DNA of 64,000 nt from Bugula neritina (taxonomy: Eukaryota; Animalia; Bryozoa). Below the pieces are notes generated by a model. It had not been told where the DNA came from. It searched no databases and saw only the letters and a list, made by a program, of their open reading frames with translations. Below, piece by piece: positions 1 through 13,257 of the stretch. The DNA lies in contig OZ037771.1 in assembly GCA_964035545.1 (NCBI GenBank), positions 5,303,190-5,367,189 on the forward strand. Direction: 5' to 3'. Positions within the stretch are counted from its first letter, which is position 1; every line of letters starts with the position of its first letter. Made by a program: the position numbers and the translations under genes.

Positions 1-504
1 TGTGAGAACTTTTCAAAAGTTGCCCTTTCACTAAAGAATATTGCTAGCTAAAACAAAAATAAGGGGTTTGCCTGTATATAGTGTGTGCAATCCCTTGTCA
101 CAATACCTTGGTATATTCACCTGCTTAAACTATATATATTTAGGTGTGGTACAGGGTACAGGTTTGCTTAGCTAGCATTTTCAATTATGGTTTTGAGTTG
201 GGGTTTAAAATAATATTGCTTTAAATCATATATCAACAGTTTTTAATGCAACAACTATAATATAATAGACATGTATATCTATTAAAGCTCATTCCATATA
301 CTGCATACATTGGAAACATTCTATATAATATTATACTACAATAAAACTACATTCAGTATATTTAGGACTACTATCATCTTTGTGTCTGCGACCTAAACTT
401 GGTGCAATAATTATGCAATACATTTTATGGAATATAATACCTATATGATTATAAAGAACATTTTGATTCATGTTTTCAAAAACCAGTATTTGGCCATTTA
501 GGAA

Positions 505-635
505 CAGTAGTGGAGAAATTGAGATAGCCTAAGTTCTTTAATTTTATTATTAAATTTTGGTTATTGCAAGAACATAACTCCTTATGCTACATTTCTAATC
601 TAGAACACAGGCTTTTCTCAATTTCTCCATTACTG
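505..635. mobile_element. Small MITE-like element with imperfect ~30-bp terminal inverted repeats (CAG...CTG ends)
   Basis: Left arm cagtagtggagaaattgagatagcc..gttct; right arm agaac..ggcttttctcaatttctccattactg. No clear TSD. Confidence 0.55.
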
Positions 636-1033
636 CACCTACCTCCTATATTTGGCACGATACTGCAAAATACGTAAATATAAATAGAGTGTGTATATTT
701 TATAATGTCTTATCTACTACTTGTCTTTTATATCATTATTCAATAGTGTTCCCTTCGTACCTCACTATAAAATTACAGGTCCCGCAAGTAGAAAACGAGA
801 TTTGACTTCCAGAACAGTTAAATTCGGCCATTTTATCTCATATTTACACACAAACAGAAACTACAAAACAGGTCTAAGCCCTTCTTGTGGCTTATGGAAT
901 TTTGTGGAAACTGAAACTGTAAGCTATTGAATGAGCACTGTATTTTATGTTAATTAGTCTATCTAGAGTCTAGACTCTAGACCTAAGAATGTACTAAGAA
1001 TAGTCGGTCAGTCTCTGCTAGGAGTTATCTTAC

Positions 1034-4021
1034 CTGCCATGTCACTATCAATACTTTTAGCAGCTGGAGAAGCAACTTGTAGGGAAATGTTCGTTTTACT
1101 CTCCACTTCTTACAGGGAGTTTCAAAGAGACGCTTCAAGGCTTCTCTCAAGTCACGAATCTAGTAATATATTTTAAATTTGTTGTAGTCTGTAACCCATA
1201 TATAAATGAGCACACACATGCACGCATCACGCACGCATCATGCACAGACATATTTGTACGTGTGTGCGTCCGTGTATGTGTGGCTTGACGTGTTGAGTTC
1301 AATAACAAGGTAATTTTTGAAGCTGTTCCTAATAGGGCACACAACTTCTCAGCACACAAAGTAGTGGAGAAGGTGAATAATTGTGTAGGTTTTGTGAATA
1401 TATCTATTACCAATCTTTATGTGACCCAGATACTAGTAAACACAACTTATAGAATCATGATTCAACTATTAGTAGCAAATACAATTACATGTTGGTGAAA
1501 GTAATCAATTTTGTATATGTGCCATTTTTAGGTTGATTATTTTCCCATACATAATATACTACTCAGCTTACAGTGTATTTCCTGTATTACTCCGGAATAC
1601 TTAGTGCAAACTAGCAATTTGTAGCTGAATTCTATTCATTCAAAGAAATTATTGAGAAAATGCAGGTATACAACTTGAATAAATAGAATGTCAAGCAGTA
1701 CTGCTAAAACTTGAAGCTAATATTGCTTCTAACTCCTTCTTGAAAGCTGCTTGAGGCTGACTGGACAAGATTACATCACAATGTAAGTATGTACCATATT
1801 CTGCTCTCAGTGTATGATCACCACCCAGCAGTTCATAGTAAATACACACCAATATACTATACTTTTCTCTTCAATAACCACGTTATACTAATTACAATAA
1901 TATGCTAAACAGCTACACTGCTAATGAATGTTTATATATAATGGCCCACAAAATTCTTGTCATAAATGAATGGTATAATTGCATAATAGCACAGCCAAAG
2001 CAATTTGAAAAGACTAAATAAACCTTATTCACAAGTTGACTGCAACAAATCAGACATTATTTTATAAGAAAACTTTTACTTGAAGACTTGAATAAAACTT
2101 GCAATGGAATGAGCTGCAAACTTACAGCGGGCCTATGCATTAGCTCTAAACTACTGGCCACGCTGTTTCACACCAGAATACTAGACTTCTTACTGAATTT
2201 ACTTGTTACCTATTGTACCTACTAAAATATGTACTATCAACTTGAAGACTGCATACTGTATTTGTGAAAAACTGTAGGGACAGGTGACTGTAATCACTTA
2301 GGTTGTGAACTATACTTGATTGGAACAGAACATTATATATAAGAATTGTAAAGTTAATGCATGTGAAAAATAATTGTTTTTAAATATAAACTGTTTAGGA
2401 TAAATCAATATATTATATTGATAACAACTGGGCAAATAATTACATAGATTTAAAGACAATCAGCACATTATTTCTGTAATTGAAAATCAAGTTATTGGTT
2501 TCACAGCAGCTTTAATGGATATAGGCACTGATGGAATAGACTTCTATTGTTTCATATCTTATAATATACATGAGAAGGTGTGTTAACAGCTACCTCTGCT
2601 GTGAGAGAATGAGTGATTAATGTAAATCTGAGGCTAATGAATACAAGTTGGGAGCAGAATGGATAGAGAGAATCTTTCTATGAGCAGCTCTAAGTTGTGG
2701 GTGACCGAGTACAGTAGTTTGGGGTTCTCAGGTTTAGAGTTGGTGGGTTTAGGTTAAGAGTTTGAACCCCCAACTTGAGCCTAATACCCCAAACTACTGC
2801 ACTCAGTCAGCCCAAACTCGTAGCTGCTTATAGATGATTTTTGATAAAAGTGGTATACAATACTGACCGATAGCCGGTGATACTGAATATTTATACTTGT
2901 ACATACTTGTTGAGAGGTGGTGGTACTAGCGCTTCGTACTTTCACTTGTAAGATATCGCCCTCGGCTATGGCATCTTCTAAATCTTCTTTTGTCTCGGCT
3001 TGAATTTGAGAAGGATCACACGATAGTCTAATGGCAGCGTGCTTCCTAAATTTAGAAGAGTAGCGGCCACGCTTCAGAGGAGTGAAGCTGGGTGCTGTCT
3101 CTCCTACACTCAAACCTACAGAGAAGATGTATAAGAAAGCTTGCTATAAACTCTGGTGAGGCCCAATAGTGCTAGGCTACTTTTCTGTAGATATTTATTT
3201 ATAGCCTAAGTTTGCAATTTGTGGTTTGGGCCGTGATTGCAAACAGACAGCTGTCAATGCTAAATTAACTTGATAGAGCAAGCAAGACTTGCTAACAGCC
3301 TACAGCTCTACATTTGCCCCCCCCCCCCCATTCCCCAAAGGACAAAGTACCATGACTTATACCTTTACAACACAAAAGACTTGCTATCTTGCCAAAACAA
3401 TTGATGGAGGTTTAGAGAATTTGAAATAGTTATTGAAAACTGAAGAAAAATCTAACCATTCGAGATGTTGTGAGTGTTGAAAGTGCCCTGTGACTACTGA
3501 TAGTTAGAAAAAGCATGGTGAGAGAGAGCTCAATCACAGAATAAATAACTATTATTAACATGTGAAAGTTAACTATTAGCCTTGTTATGCATGTGGTACA
3601 TATTGAGAATTCTTTTAATTGTTTTGCAGCTACATCTTATAGTTTCAGCTGCAGCGTTATATAAAATTATTCTCAAATTATTTAACGAATCAATAAGTAC
3701 TTTTACCAGATGGTAATGAAACAACAAGAACATTTTAATAAGCAAGGCTGACACTAAATTACTTTTAAGTAGTAACTACTGTGGTATTGTTAAGCATCAT
3801 AGTTATAGTATTCCATAACACATGTTATGCCAGTCCTTTTATTTCAATCCTTTAAGTAATCTGCTATTTCAACTCTAATATTGACAAATATTACAAACTA
3901 GACTAATGTGAGGACGTTTTCTTTACCATTTACTGTGCGTCTTTGTCGCCAATTTCCAGTAGTCTCCAAATCCATATTCATCAATAAGAACTGACTCCTT
4001 TCTTTGATCACTTCTTCAGCC
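1034..4021 (-). CDS. MCOLN: Mucolipin (TRPML) family cation channel, 5' coding exons only; the gene continues beyond the left edge and the start codon was not located
   Basis: Phase-consistent GT-AG exons 4021-3927 (AEEVIKERSQFLLMNMDLETTGNWRQRRTVN), 3115-2907 (LSVGETAPSF...TTSQQ) and 1159-1034 (IRDLREALKRLFETPCKKWRVKRTFPYKLLLQLLKVLIVTWQ). The last exon matches the TRPML pre-S1/S1 signature (human MCOLN1, from memory: [39 protein letters not shown]). Possible upstream 12-nt microexon at 5288-5277. Confidence 0.8.
2679..2832. mobile_element. MITE family A, copy 1 (~45-bp TIRs, TA ends, central ggtttag-like repeats)
   Basis: tatgagcagctctaagttgtgggtgaccgagtacagtagtttgggg ... ccccaaactactgcactcagtcagcccaaactcgtagctgcttata. 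A related copy lies at 13120-13257. Confidence 0.75.
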
Positions 4022-6923
4022 CTGTACAGCTACAACGCTGATGCAGTGTAGCATACAGTGTGACAATTGTCATTGATAAGCATTAACTGATAGTTAGAAC
4101 GAAGTCTAACCAGATAATTGATATATAACCCCTTTCAGGTCAACAAATGTCTGACTTCCAATATTACAAGTGTGAGAGTGGGAACTATAATAATAGAATC
4201 CAGGAAGTTAGGTTATAAGCTCTCAATGTACACAATAGAAACAATACGTTTGCCTACAAGATAATGAATGTGTTAGCTTTAGATTAGATCTGTCAAATGC
4301 ATAAGGTGCTTTCACTGGAATGTAAGTTAATGCAAAGGGTTAAATATATCACCTTTGAATAAACAATAAGTACATAGTGCACCTTTTATAGCCTGCATAT
4401 GAATACACTGCAACATCAAGCTGATATAAAGTAAGATGAGTCTATCTGCATTTTAAATCTTAAAGATTCACAGTTTCCATGTTTACAGAACATTGATATA
4501 TACATACACATAAAAGCTATGCTTTTAAAACATTCTAAAGAGAGTTTAGTAATATTCACTAAACTATAATATCGTGTTAATCGCAATGCTATCAATAAAA
4601 ATTAGCTTAGATATGCAAAAATACATCTAGTCAGTTTATCGGGATAGGGATAATAATGTTAGTACACATTTAGTACTTACTTATTATAAAACATTTTAAG
4701 AACAAATATATTCTATCAATTAGACACAATATATTACACCTTCATATGCCGGAAGATGAGGATATGCTTATGTATGTTTCATTATTCTATACTCAAAAAG
4801 ATCTCTCCCTTTTTTGCTTTAAATGGACAATGAACTTTTCAATAAAACATATATTATGTATGCACCATTGATTTAATAGCTGCCACCGAAATGTTTTACT
4901 TCATTTTATAAAACTTCATGATATTATATTTATTATATTATGCAGTATTTTATAACAGCCTCGGTGTATGTTAGCCATGGCTAGTATGATATTAATGAAC
5001 AATTCTTTCAAATCTAATGACAGAACTTTGACAAATAATCTAGAAGAATGAAATCAAGTGTATCATAACTTTGTTAAAACTAAATGGAACAACTGTTTTG
5101 CTAATGTCAATTTGCAGCATGAAATGCTGGTTTATTGTCAATTGCTTCAGAATTGTTTGAGTTTCCCTATGACTATTTAGCTATTATCGTAATAAAAACT
5201 CACAGTTGTACTAGTTTAAATTGGTCAGTTTTTGCTGTTCAATTCAAGTTGTGTGCATTAATTGTTAATAACTCACCTTTTGACCTTCCTAAACACTCTT
5301 TATATACAAGTTTCATCAAGACAAAAAAATCAAAATACATTCAAATATCTAGTTCCTTTTTATTTAAACTGTCAACGTCTAAAATTATGAATTTCTTTAG
5401 TCAAATAATTTAAACATTGGCACATATGTAACTATTCTTTGAAATGTGTTGAGCGATTTATATTGTTTTGCTTTACATGCATGAAGTGGTTATCATAGAA
5501 AAGTCAATGAAGCTAAAATTTTACCATCAATTAAGTTTATTGTTATAAGATAATATAAAGCTGACAGCGTAGAAAGAACTCTCTTTAGTTATAACTATAA
5601 GGTATAATAAATTATATAATATGGCAATCACAACTCCAAATTACTACTTGGTACATAATTAGCAACCTGGTGAATCCTTCTGAGAATGCTGTCTTGATAG
5701 ATGCATCATAACTCCACCTTCATGTGTATGCATTAATAGTGCTGCCTTATTTTTTGTATTGTTGGCAGCGTATTATGAGTTAATATTCAGATTTTGGAAA
5801 CTAATGATGGGTGTTGAAACTCAGACACCTTGCAAGTAAAACCCGGACACATCTCAGCTTATTCAAGCAGTGAGTGGTGAAGTACCATTTGAATGAAACA
5901 ATGCTAGGTTTCATCTCAATCCATCTACACCTATTGATCTTTGTGTAGCAACAGCTTCATCTATTGACTTCAAATTCACTAATTTTTGCCTCACCATATG
6001 TATATAAACATACAATATAAAGGTTACCATTAATTTATTTCACTAAGTCTTTACAGATATGAACAAGCTAATTATAATATAGACAGCTAAAATATTATCA
6101 CCATGAGGTGTGCAGTGACGACTGACGCTTGTGAAATAAATACACAAATGAAAAATTTACATATTGATTAATTTTTTATCATTCAGCTTTGCGAATTTAT
6201 TTGGAAACTTGAAAGTAATCATATTTTGAAAGAAAAATAATTGGATACAAAAGCACAGTACAATAAAAAACAGGCATTGCTAAATTGGTAAATGTAAAAG
6301 ACTTTATAACAGGTGAAGTGACTGGTAATCGCCTGTATGCTCCATTCACATGATAGGAAAGTAAAACAATATTGACAAAGAGAAACCTCAATACATTCAG
6401 GCTCCATCTTGTTGAAAAACCTTTATGGACATTAAATGAAAAAATACATTAAAGATTTTTCAAGCACTAAAACCTAAACCAGACCTTTTTTGGAATAAGC
6501 AAAAATCAAAAAAAAATTCAACCTCAAATAAAAATAATAAGTGTTTTTTACTACGCAACCAGTTTCCTTCTACACTAAGCTAAAATTTACGTTTGAGTAA
6601 TTATTATTACTGTTGTCAACACGTAACAAAACGTTAAACATGATTGTCGTTTTACCAATTTCTATATCTAGTATATCCTTCAAGAAATTATGGAACTTTG
6701 TTCAGAGTTTGCCATGAAAGCCGTGCGAACAGTTTGTATTCATTTTAGAATTATTAGAAAGTGGAGTTTATAGAATTTTGATAAAGACGATAAAACTATA
6801 AATTTGAAGAAATACTGTCTAAGGTTCTAGTTAGGAAGTTTCAAGCTCAGTCGTTTAATTAATGTTGAGAACAATTAGCGTAAGCAATGTGTGTGTAGTA
6901 TATGGTGGACGTGGCTACCAGTA

Positions 6924-9801
6924 TTAACTACCATTCTGTAGACTGGAGACGGTTTCTGCATCCTACAGCATACAGGTAATACTATGTACAGGTAACATTA
7001 TGTACAGGTAATATTATATACAGGTAATATTATATACAGGTAATACTATGTACATGTAATATTATACAGACAATATTATATACAGGTAACACTATATACA
7101 GGCAATATTATGTACAGGTAATATTATGTAAGGTAACGATGACGCTATGCTTCATGACTTACTGACTTGTAACTTAGTAAAAGAATAAACTGAATAAACT
7201 TACATCTTTAAGGATGGCTCTAAACTGATCATAAGCAATGTCTACATCATCGTTGACAATTTTATAATCATATGCTCCATCAAGGCGAGCTGTAATGTGT
7301 ATAAAGCACATCACAATATTATAAACAATAATAACAGCAAGCAGCACCAAAGGTCAACGTAGTCAGTGTGGTGTGTAATATACTACAATACTTATACAGA
7401 CACATTAATTTCCTTCATTCTAAAGTAACATTAACCTCAAACTATGGAACTGAATGAACCGAAAACTCACAATACTCCATTTCTCTCTTGGCAATTTCAA
7501 GCCTTCTTTGCAAGCTTTCCTCTGTCTCGGTTCCACGTCCTTTTAGCCTTGCCTCCTTCAAAACAAGCCACATAGATATGTATAGGAGATGTATTCTAGC
7601 ACAATATGTGTTGGGATAATAGTAGCAGATGTGTTGACATCAAAGTTGATTATGTTTCAACACTATGGTACAATATGTGTCAACACTATGGTACAATATG
7701 TGTCAACACTATGGTACAATATGTGTCAACACTATGGTACAATATGTGTCAACACTATGGTACAATATGTGTCAACACTATGGTACAATATGTGTCAACA
7801 CTATGGTACAATATGTGTCAACACTATGGTACAATATGTGTCGACATTAGAAAAAATATGTGTCAACACCATAGTGCAGAGGATTGAAATGTGGACTGTT
7901 ATAAAAGTAGAACTTTTAAAGTTGGTGAGAGCAGAGAGTGGGTTAAAATAATTCAGATTAATCAAATTACAATTGAAATACATAAAAAATCTAACAAAAG
8001 GAAAAGCTAGTACTTGATGGTTTGAACATGGAAATGCTACAGAGAGCAGGAAATCTAAGACTGCCTACAATGTGCCTACGCTGAACAAGTGCCAACAGTT
8101 CACTTACCAGTGCAGCAAGGCTGGGTGGTTCAATGAAAATATACAATGGGTTGAGAGTTGTCTTCTTAATACTCTTTACTCCTTCACTGTCAATATCTAG
8201 TATGCAGATTTTACCTAATTTGGTGACAGTTTCCACAGCAGCTATACTGTAATAGAACAGTGTAAATATTACATAATGTAATAGCACAGTGTAATATATC
8301 AGATACTGTAATAGCACAGTGTAATATATCACATACAGTAATATTACAGAGTAATACATCACATACTGTATTACGTTCATAAAATAGAATCAAGATTCAA
8401 TATTTCTTATTAAATAATTCAAGTTTAAGAACATGGAATGCCTGCAAGATAGGTTTTCAAGTTGACTCAACAATGCAATGGTTTGACTGGAATGAATGAT
8501 TCAAGAATCTTGAGTCAGCAAATATTACTTAAAACATGATTAAGCGCACAAGTTGAGAAGGAGTAGGCTAGTTACCATTTCAAGTCTCACTCAAAAGATA
8601 CTCCAAGAAATGTTAATGTAACATACTGGTATTTATTAGGTAAATATTATGTGACGATTTACAAGGTTTCACTATACCCAATATTATGCCATTTTATTAT
8701 GTAGGAAAAGTAGCAAAACATCATGACAGGATGTATCAAAGTTTGAAGGTAATGAGAATCTGGTTTTTTATGAGTTCAATTAAAATTCCTTGTTGTTTTC
8801 ATATATGGATAAATATAGTACAGGGGGAGAGGAAGGATGTCCCCATCCTGATAAACAACACCAGTATTATGAGACAGCAAACACAAACACCTGAACTGTA
8901 TGAAAACAAAGTAAGAGTTCATTTGCAGTTTGGTGAAAGCGAAGTGTTGAAAGAATGGTATTTGATGCACAAATTAAACATTAGATTCTCATTTTAATAA
9001 ATGTTTGAACAAAATTAAAATATAGGAGATAAAATTTAGTTCACAGTTTTTTATACACAAAAATCTTTGAAAGGCAAAACATAATTTGTAATAATATTTT
9101 TACGATTTGAGTTAAACCTTCAGGCACTTTCCCTGTAATTTGCTAAAATAGGCTATACAACTATTCCACATAGAAGTTGACTATATGCACTGCTACAGCA
9201 ATCAGCTAGAATCTCACAGCACTAACCAGCATTTTACTAACGCTTCCTTGAACAACTTAGATATATATAGATAATACAGTCAAGTTTACTGGTCAATATA
9301 GTCACCAATCGCATACCTCGTACCATACAGGTTCTTGGAATACTCAGCTGTCTCTATAAACTCATTGTTAGCTATAGCCTTCTCCATGTCTGGGCGACTC
9401 ACAAAATGGTAATCTATAAACCACAATGGAAGTCGATTGCATGACTAACAATATAAGCATACAGAGTCCCATACAAACCTCAGTAAATTAATTTACTTCT
9501 TTGAATTTAGTTTTGCTGTATTAGAGACGTGTAATTGCTTTTACTTGGGTATCCCAGCTAACAAAATATATCAATACAGACATTTAGGAGTTACAACACG
9601 TACCAACAGCATCCTGTTCGCCTGGCCGCGGCTGCCGGGTGGTGTGGGACACACTGAAACCAAAAGCTCCGGGATACTCCTTCATAATACGTTTGAGGAA
9701 CGTGCTTTTACCTGAGCCCGAGGGACCACTGATGACTACAGGACGGGGCATTGTAGATACGTACCGTTTAGCACAGCGTGTAGCAAAACCAGATAGGTAA
9801 C
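6924..9801 (-). CDS. GUK1: Guanylate kinase
   Basis: Exons 9801(ATG at 9751)-9604 [21 protein letters not shown]...[15 protein letters not shown]; 9413-9317 DYHFVSR...LYGTS; 8246-8108 IAAVE...[14 protein letters not shown]...[11 protein letters not shown]; 7555-7471 [19 protein letters not shown]; 7289-7204 ...[10 protein letters not shown]...; 6962-6924 [12 protein letters not shown]. All introns are GT-AG and in phase. P-loop and SHTTRxPR GMP-binding motifs are present. Confidence 0.95.
6971..7136. repeat. Intronic minisatellite, ~18-bp unit (tacaggtaatattatata)
   Basis: About 9 tandem copies visible. Confidence 0.85.
7658..7872. repeat. Intronic minisatellite, 23-bp unit (tcaacactatggtacaatatgtg)
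   Basis: About 9 near-identical copies; explains the repetitive ORFs at 7589-7983. Confidence 0.95.
8244..8372. repeat. Degenerate ~30-bp minisatellite abutting and duplicating a GUK1 acceptor site
   Basis: Units resemble atactgtaatagcacagtgtaatatatcac. The minus-strand ttacag|tat occurs at the real acceptor (8247) and again at 8306. Confidence 0.7.
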
Positions 9802-11190
9802 CTGCAAAGCACCCAGTAAAGATTGTGCTAGGTAAAATCATACAATACTGTAACCTGATGTAGGTTCTTGTACAGCAGATTTGAGTAAACCATTGAACAA
9901 TGGTTTGAAGTCTGGTTAGGTTTTTCTAAACTTGAATTACAAAAAATTCAAACTTTTCTGCTCGTTAAAAATGCAACTTTGTAAAAAAACCACAATCACA
10001 AATAAAAACTTAATTTAGAATCTATAATGAAAAGAAATAGAGTTACAGGGTGACCAGAGTTATGACAATTCCAATGATAACCTTTTTCAGTTTAAAAGTT
10101 TGTATTCTATAGTTTTCAGCAGAGCAAAAATTGAAAATTCAACAGCCCCAGCAAAGAGAGATCAAGATACAATATTCGTAGAAAGCCTCTAACTTTAGCA
10201 GAGAGATAAACTTAGTACATACTCTAGCTAGTAGAAGATGATCCCAACCTTTCAGTATCACAAGGCATAAAACTAATAAACAGAAATTAGTTGAGTGAAT
10301 AGAAATTAGTGAAGAGTATAAAAGCTAGTGATGTGTAGTGTGAATTAGGAAGAATGATTCTTAGTTATGATGATATGGGCAAAACCTACCAGGGGATATG
10401 AGAGAAAGAATTTATACTATCTCAAAAGATGAAGTCACTTGCCACTCTACTAAATACTAAAACCAGCTGCTTATATACTATACATTTAGCTGTCTTCCTA
10501 CAGCAGCATAGCCTGTGTACTAAGCAAGTGTGTTGTGAAAAGTTATACCAATATACATCCTCTTAGTATACACATTGAGGTTATAGAACAAGGATAGAAG
10601 ATGGTTTATAATTCGTAATAACATTGTAGCTGATATTAACACAGATGTTTAGTGGCTTAGGACGTGTTTGATTGGTCAGGCTATTCTTACTACACCTTTA
10701 ATAGCTATAGCAACTTCATATAGAATTGTAAAATGCTCATCAAATAAAATGCTTCAGTATTTAAAATTGAAATATAAGATATAGAAATGTAGAATAACCC
10801 AGCCAAGACAATGGAATGGATTTGATACAAGATCTTACAGCAAAACCTCTTCACAATATCTGATGAAGCCTATTGACTAGCTCAACAAATTAAATGCATA
10901 AATACCACATGAAACACTACTTTGTGTAAGTTGGTAAATAGTTCAGGACACACCAGGTATTTCACATACTTATTGAAATGTGTAGATAACATGTAGTGAT
11001 AGATTTGCCCAACAACAGTATAGGAATATATACAGTGAGTCTGTAAATAATAAATTATTACCTGTGACTTTCAACATCCAAAGCAATCACTTGATTGGCA
11101 AGTAGATCTCTAAAATTTGTAGAGCAAAGCAATCGTAAACATTTAAATTAGTTGAGTGCTACAGTCATATTTTAGCTCTAATATGATAAA

Positions 11191-11354
11191 ACTGAAACCA
11201 ACCAAGACTTTTGCTCTTCAAATGCTTCTCTATGATAAACAAGATAGCTACCTACACTTGCAATGTTAACAGTGAATAGAACAACCATGTTAGTCAATCA
11301 ATCACACTTGAGGAATGCGCTCTCACCGGAGCCCAAAGGACCACCGATAATAAT
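11191..11354 (-). pseudogene. Decayed duplicate of the GUK1 P-loop exon
   Basis: 11348-11304 reads IGGPLGSGESAFLKC, against [15 protein letters not shown] in GUK1 (35/45 nt identical by hand count), then a stop. The 10-mer actgaaacca is shared (11191-11200 vs 9653-9662). Confidence 0.7.
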
Positions 11355-13119
11355 AAGCTTTATGCATATAATAAGTTGAATATATTAAAAATTCCTTTAT
11401 ATGTACACTTCCAATATCCCAAGGCATGTAGCATAAACTAAGTGCTTTAGGTTGAAGCAATCAATTGTATATTCATTAGCTACATTTCTGCATAATATAA
11501 TAGAGCAGGCCACTTTATAACTGTTAGAATTCTGGGCAAGATTTTCCTGCAAATTCCATACGTATAATGTGGAAGTTATGCTTTTTACTTAACTGCTAAA
11601 TCATACAATAAAGTAAATTCATAATTAAAACACTTGAAATATTTGCCATAAGGAGTTTTCATGAAGTGTAGGTTTTAAAACCAACGTGGATCTTGCTTGA
11701 ATAATAAATTCGCAAAGTATATAACTTATATTATTAGTTTCATAAATACAACTGTTATAAGGCCCAATTAGCTGAGTGTTCCATTACATGTTTTTTAGAG
11801 ATCACATATAAATATTATAAATTTACTTATTATGATAAGCAGGATTTGCTATGCTTTGTCTGTGCAACAAGGTTTAGCTGTATTAGCCTTACGTATTTGG
11901 ATAGAAATAAAAGTCTTAAATATAATAATACTGCAACCTTTATAGCTTTTTGCAGAATTAGTTTTAGTTATAGTTATATTTACTCATAATGGTAATATTA
12001 ATTATAGCTATATTCATAGCAATAAGGATAGTTAATAGTTACTACTTATTACTATTAGTAACTAGTAATAAATTTACTTATAGTTATACAGTACAACTTA
12101 TACTTATAGTATAAATATAGTAATAGTTTATAAATATAAGTATGAATAACTTATTATATTTATAATTATATCATTATTTAAAATCACTATAATGATCATT
12201 ATCATAATTAGTATATGTGATTAAGTCTAATTATAATTACTATTAGTACTAAACTTAGTAATAGTATTACTATTAGACTTAGTATTATTATTAAAAATTT
12301 ACATTAGATTAACAAAATTACTAATACTAATACTAATAGTAATACTTATTACTAAATCTAATATTATTAGTCTTACTCTTAGAATTAGTAAATAACGGTA
12401 GCAACAACACTAACAGTATGAGCATGAGATTGAGTGACTCGAAGTCGGTAAGTGTAACACTAACTGTGAGCCATAAGCCTAAGGATACCCATTGTCCATT
12501 AGATTCAGCAGTAGACTTAGTCTTAGACTTAGAGTTAGTCATTGACTCACTATGGATTTTCATTTTGAAACACATTTTCATACTGATACTAATATTGATA
12601 CTTATAGTCATAGCCTAATCCAGTGCCAGACTTAATTGAGACTAAAGTTTAAACCTTCATTTTGGTTTTATTTTATTAATATTTAATTTTATTTTATGTG
12701 AGTGCGACTGTGTTGCACTTGCTGCCTGTAGTGTTGAGTGCTACTCACACATTTAGATTTATAATTTATTACTCAGTCTACTGTAAGTGTAAACCATACT
12801 GATATTGACTACTAGTTCGACAACTGATATAAAAATAATGTCTTACTTCAAAAATTTTATAACTGTACCTTTGTCACAGACTCGCAGTGTGAGTGTGACT
12901 GAGTTTAAAACTAAAAGTAAATGTGGTGCCGTAGGCACTGACCGTGCTGGGTGGCAGCGAACCATTCTGCCTCATTGGTACGGTTTTTCACTTGTCGTTA
13001 TAGATGTGTCCAAATTTCGTGCATCCACGGATCTAATGCTATGAAAACTCATGAAAGTACACGCATCCCGCTATTCAAACAGGACAGAGCGGAGATGGGT
13101 GTGGAAAAGTACATGGTCT

Positions 13120-13257
13120 TATAAGCGGCTCCAAGTTAGGGGTGACTAAGTGCAATAGTTTGTGATTGGGGGTATAAACTGGAACTTGGAACCCCAACTC
13201 CACACTCGGAAACCGCAAACTACTGCACTCAGTCACCCCCAACTCGGAGCTGCTTTT
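13120..13257. mobile_element. MITE family A, copy 2
   Basis: tataagcggctccaagttaggggtgactaagtgcaatagtttg ... caaactactgcactcagtcacccccaactcggagctgct. Homologous to 2679-2832. Confidence 0.75.

Noticed and set aside
7589-7983. Repetitive ORFs (also at 24895, 32388-32881, 60040-60461 and 62383-62935)
   Set aside because: These are translations of minisatellites or microsatellites.
8686-8997. ORFs inside a GUK1 intron as an alternative exon or nested gene
   Set aside because: No convincing homology and no phase-compatible splice pair.
12333-12618. Overlapping ORFs on both strands
   Set aside because: Low-complexity tag/act-rich sequence with no recognisable protein or splice structure.
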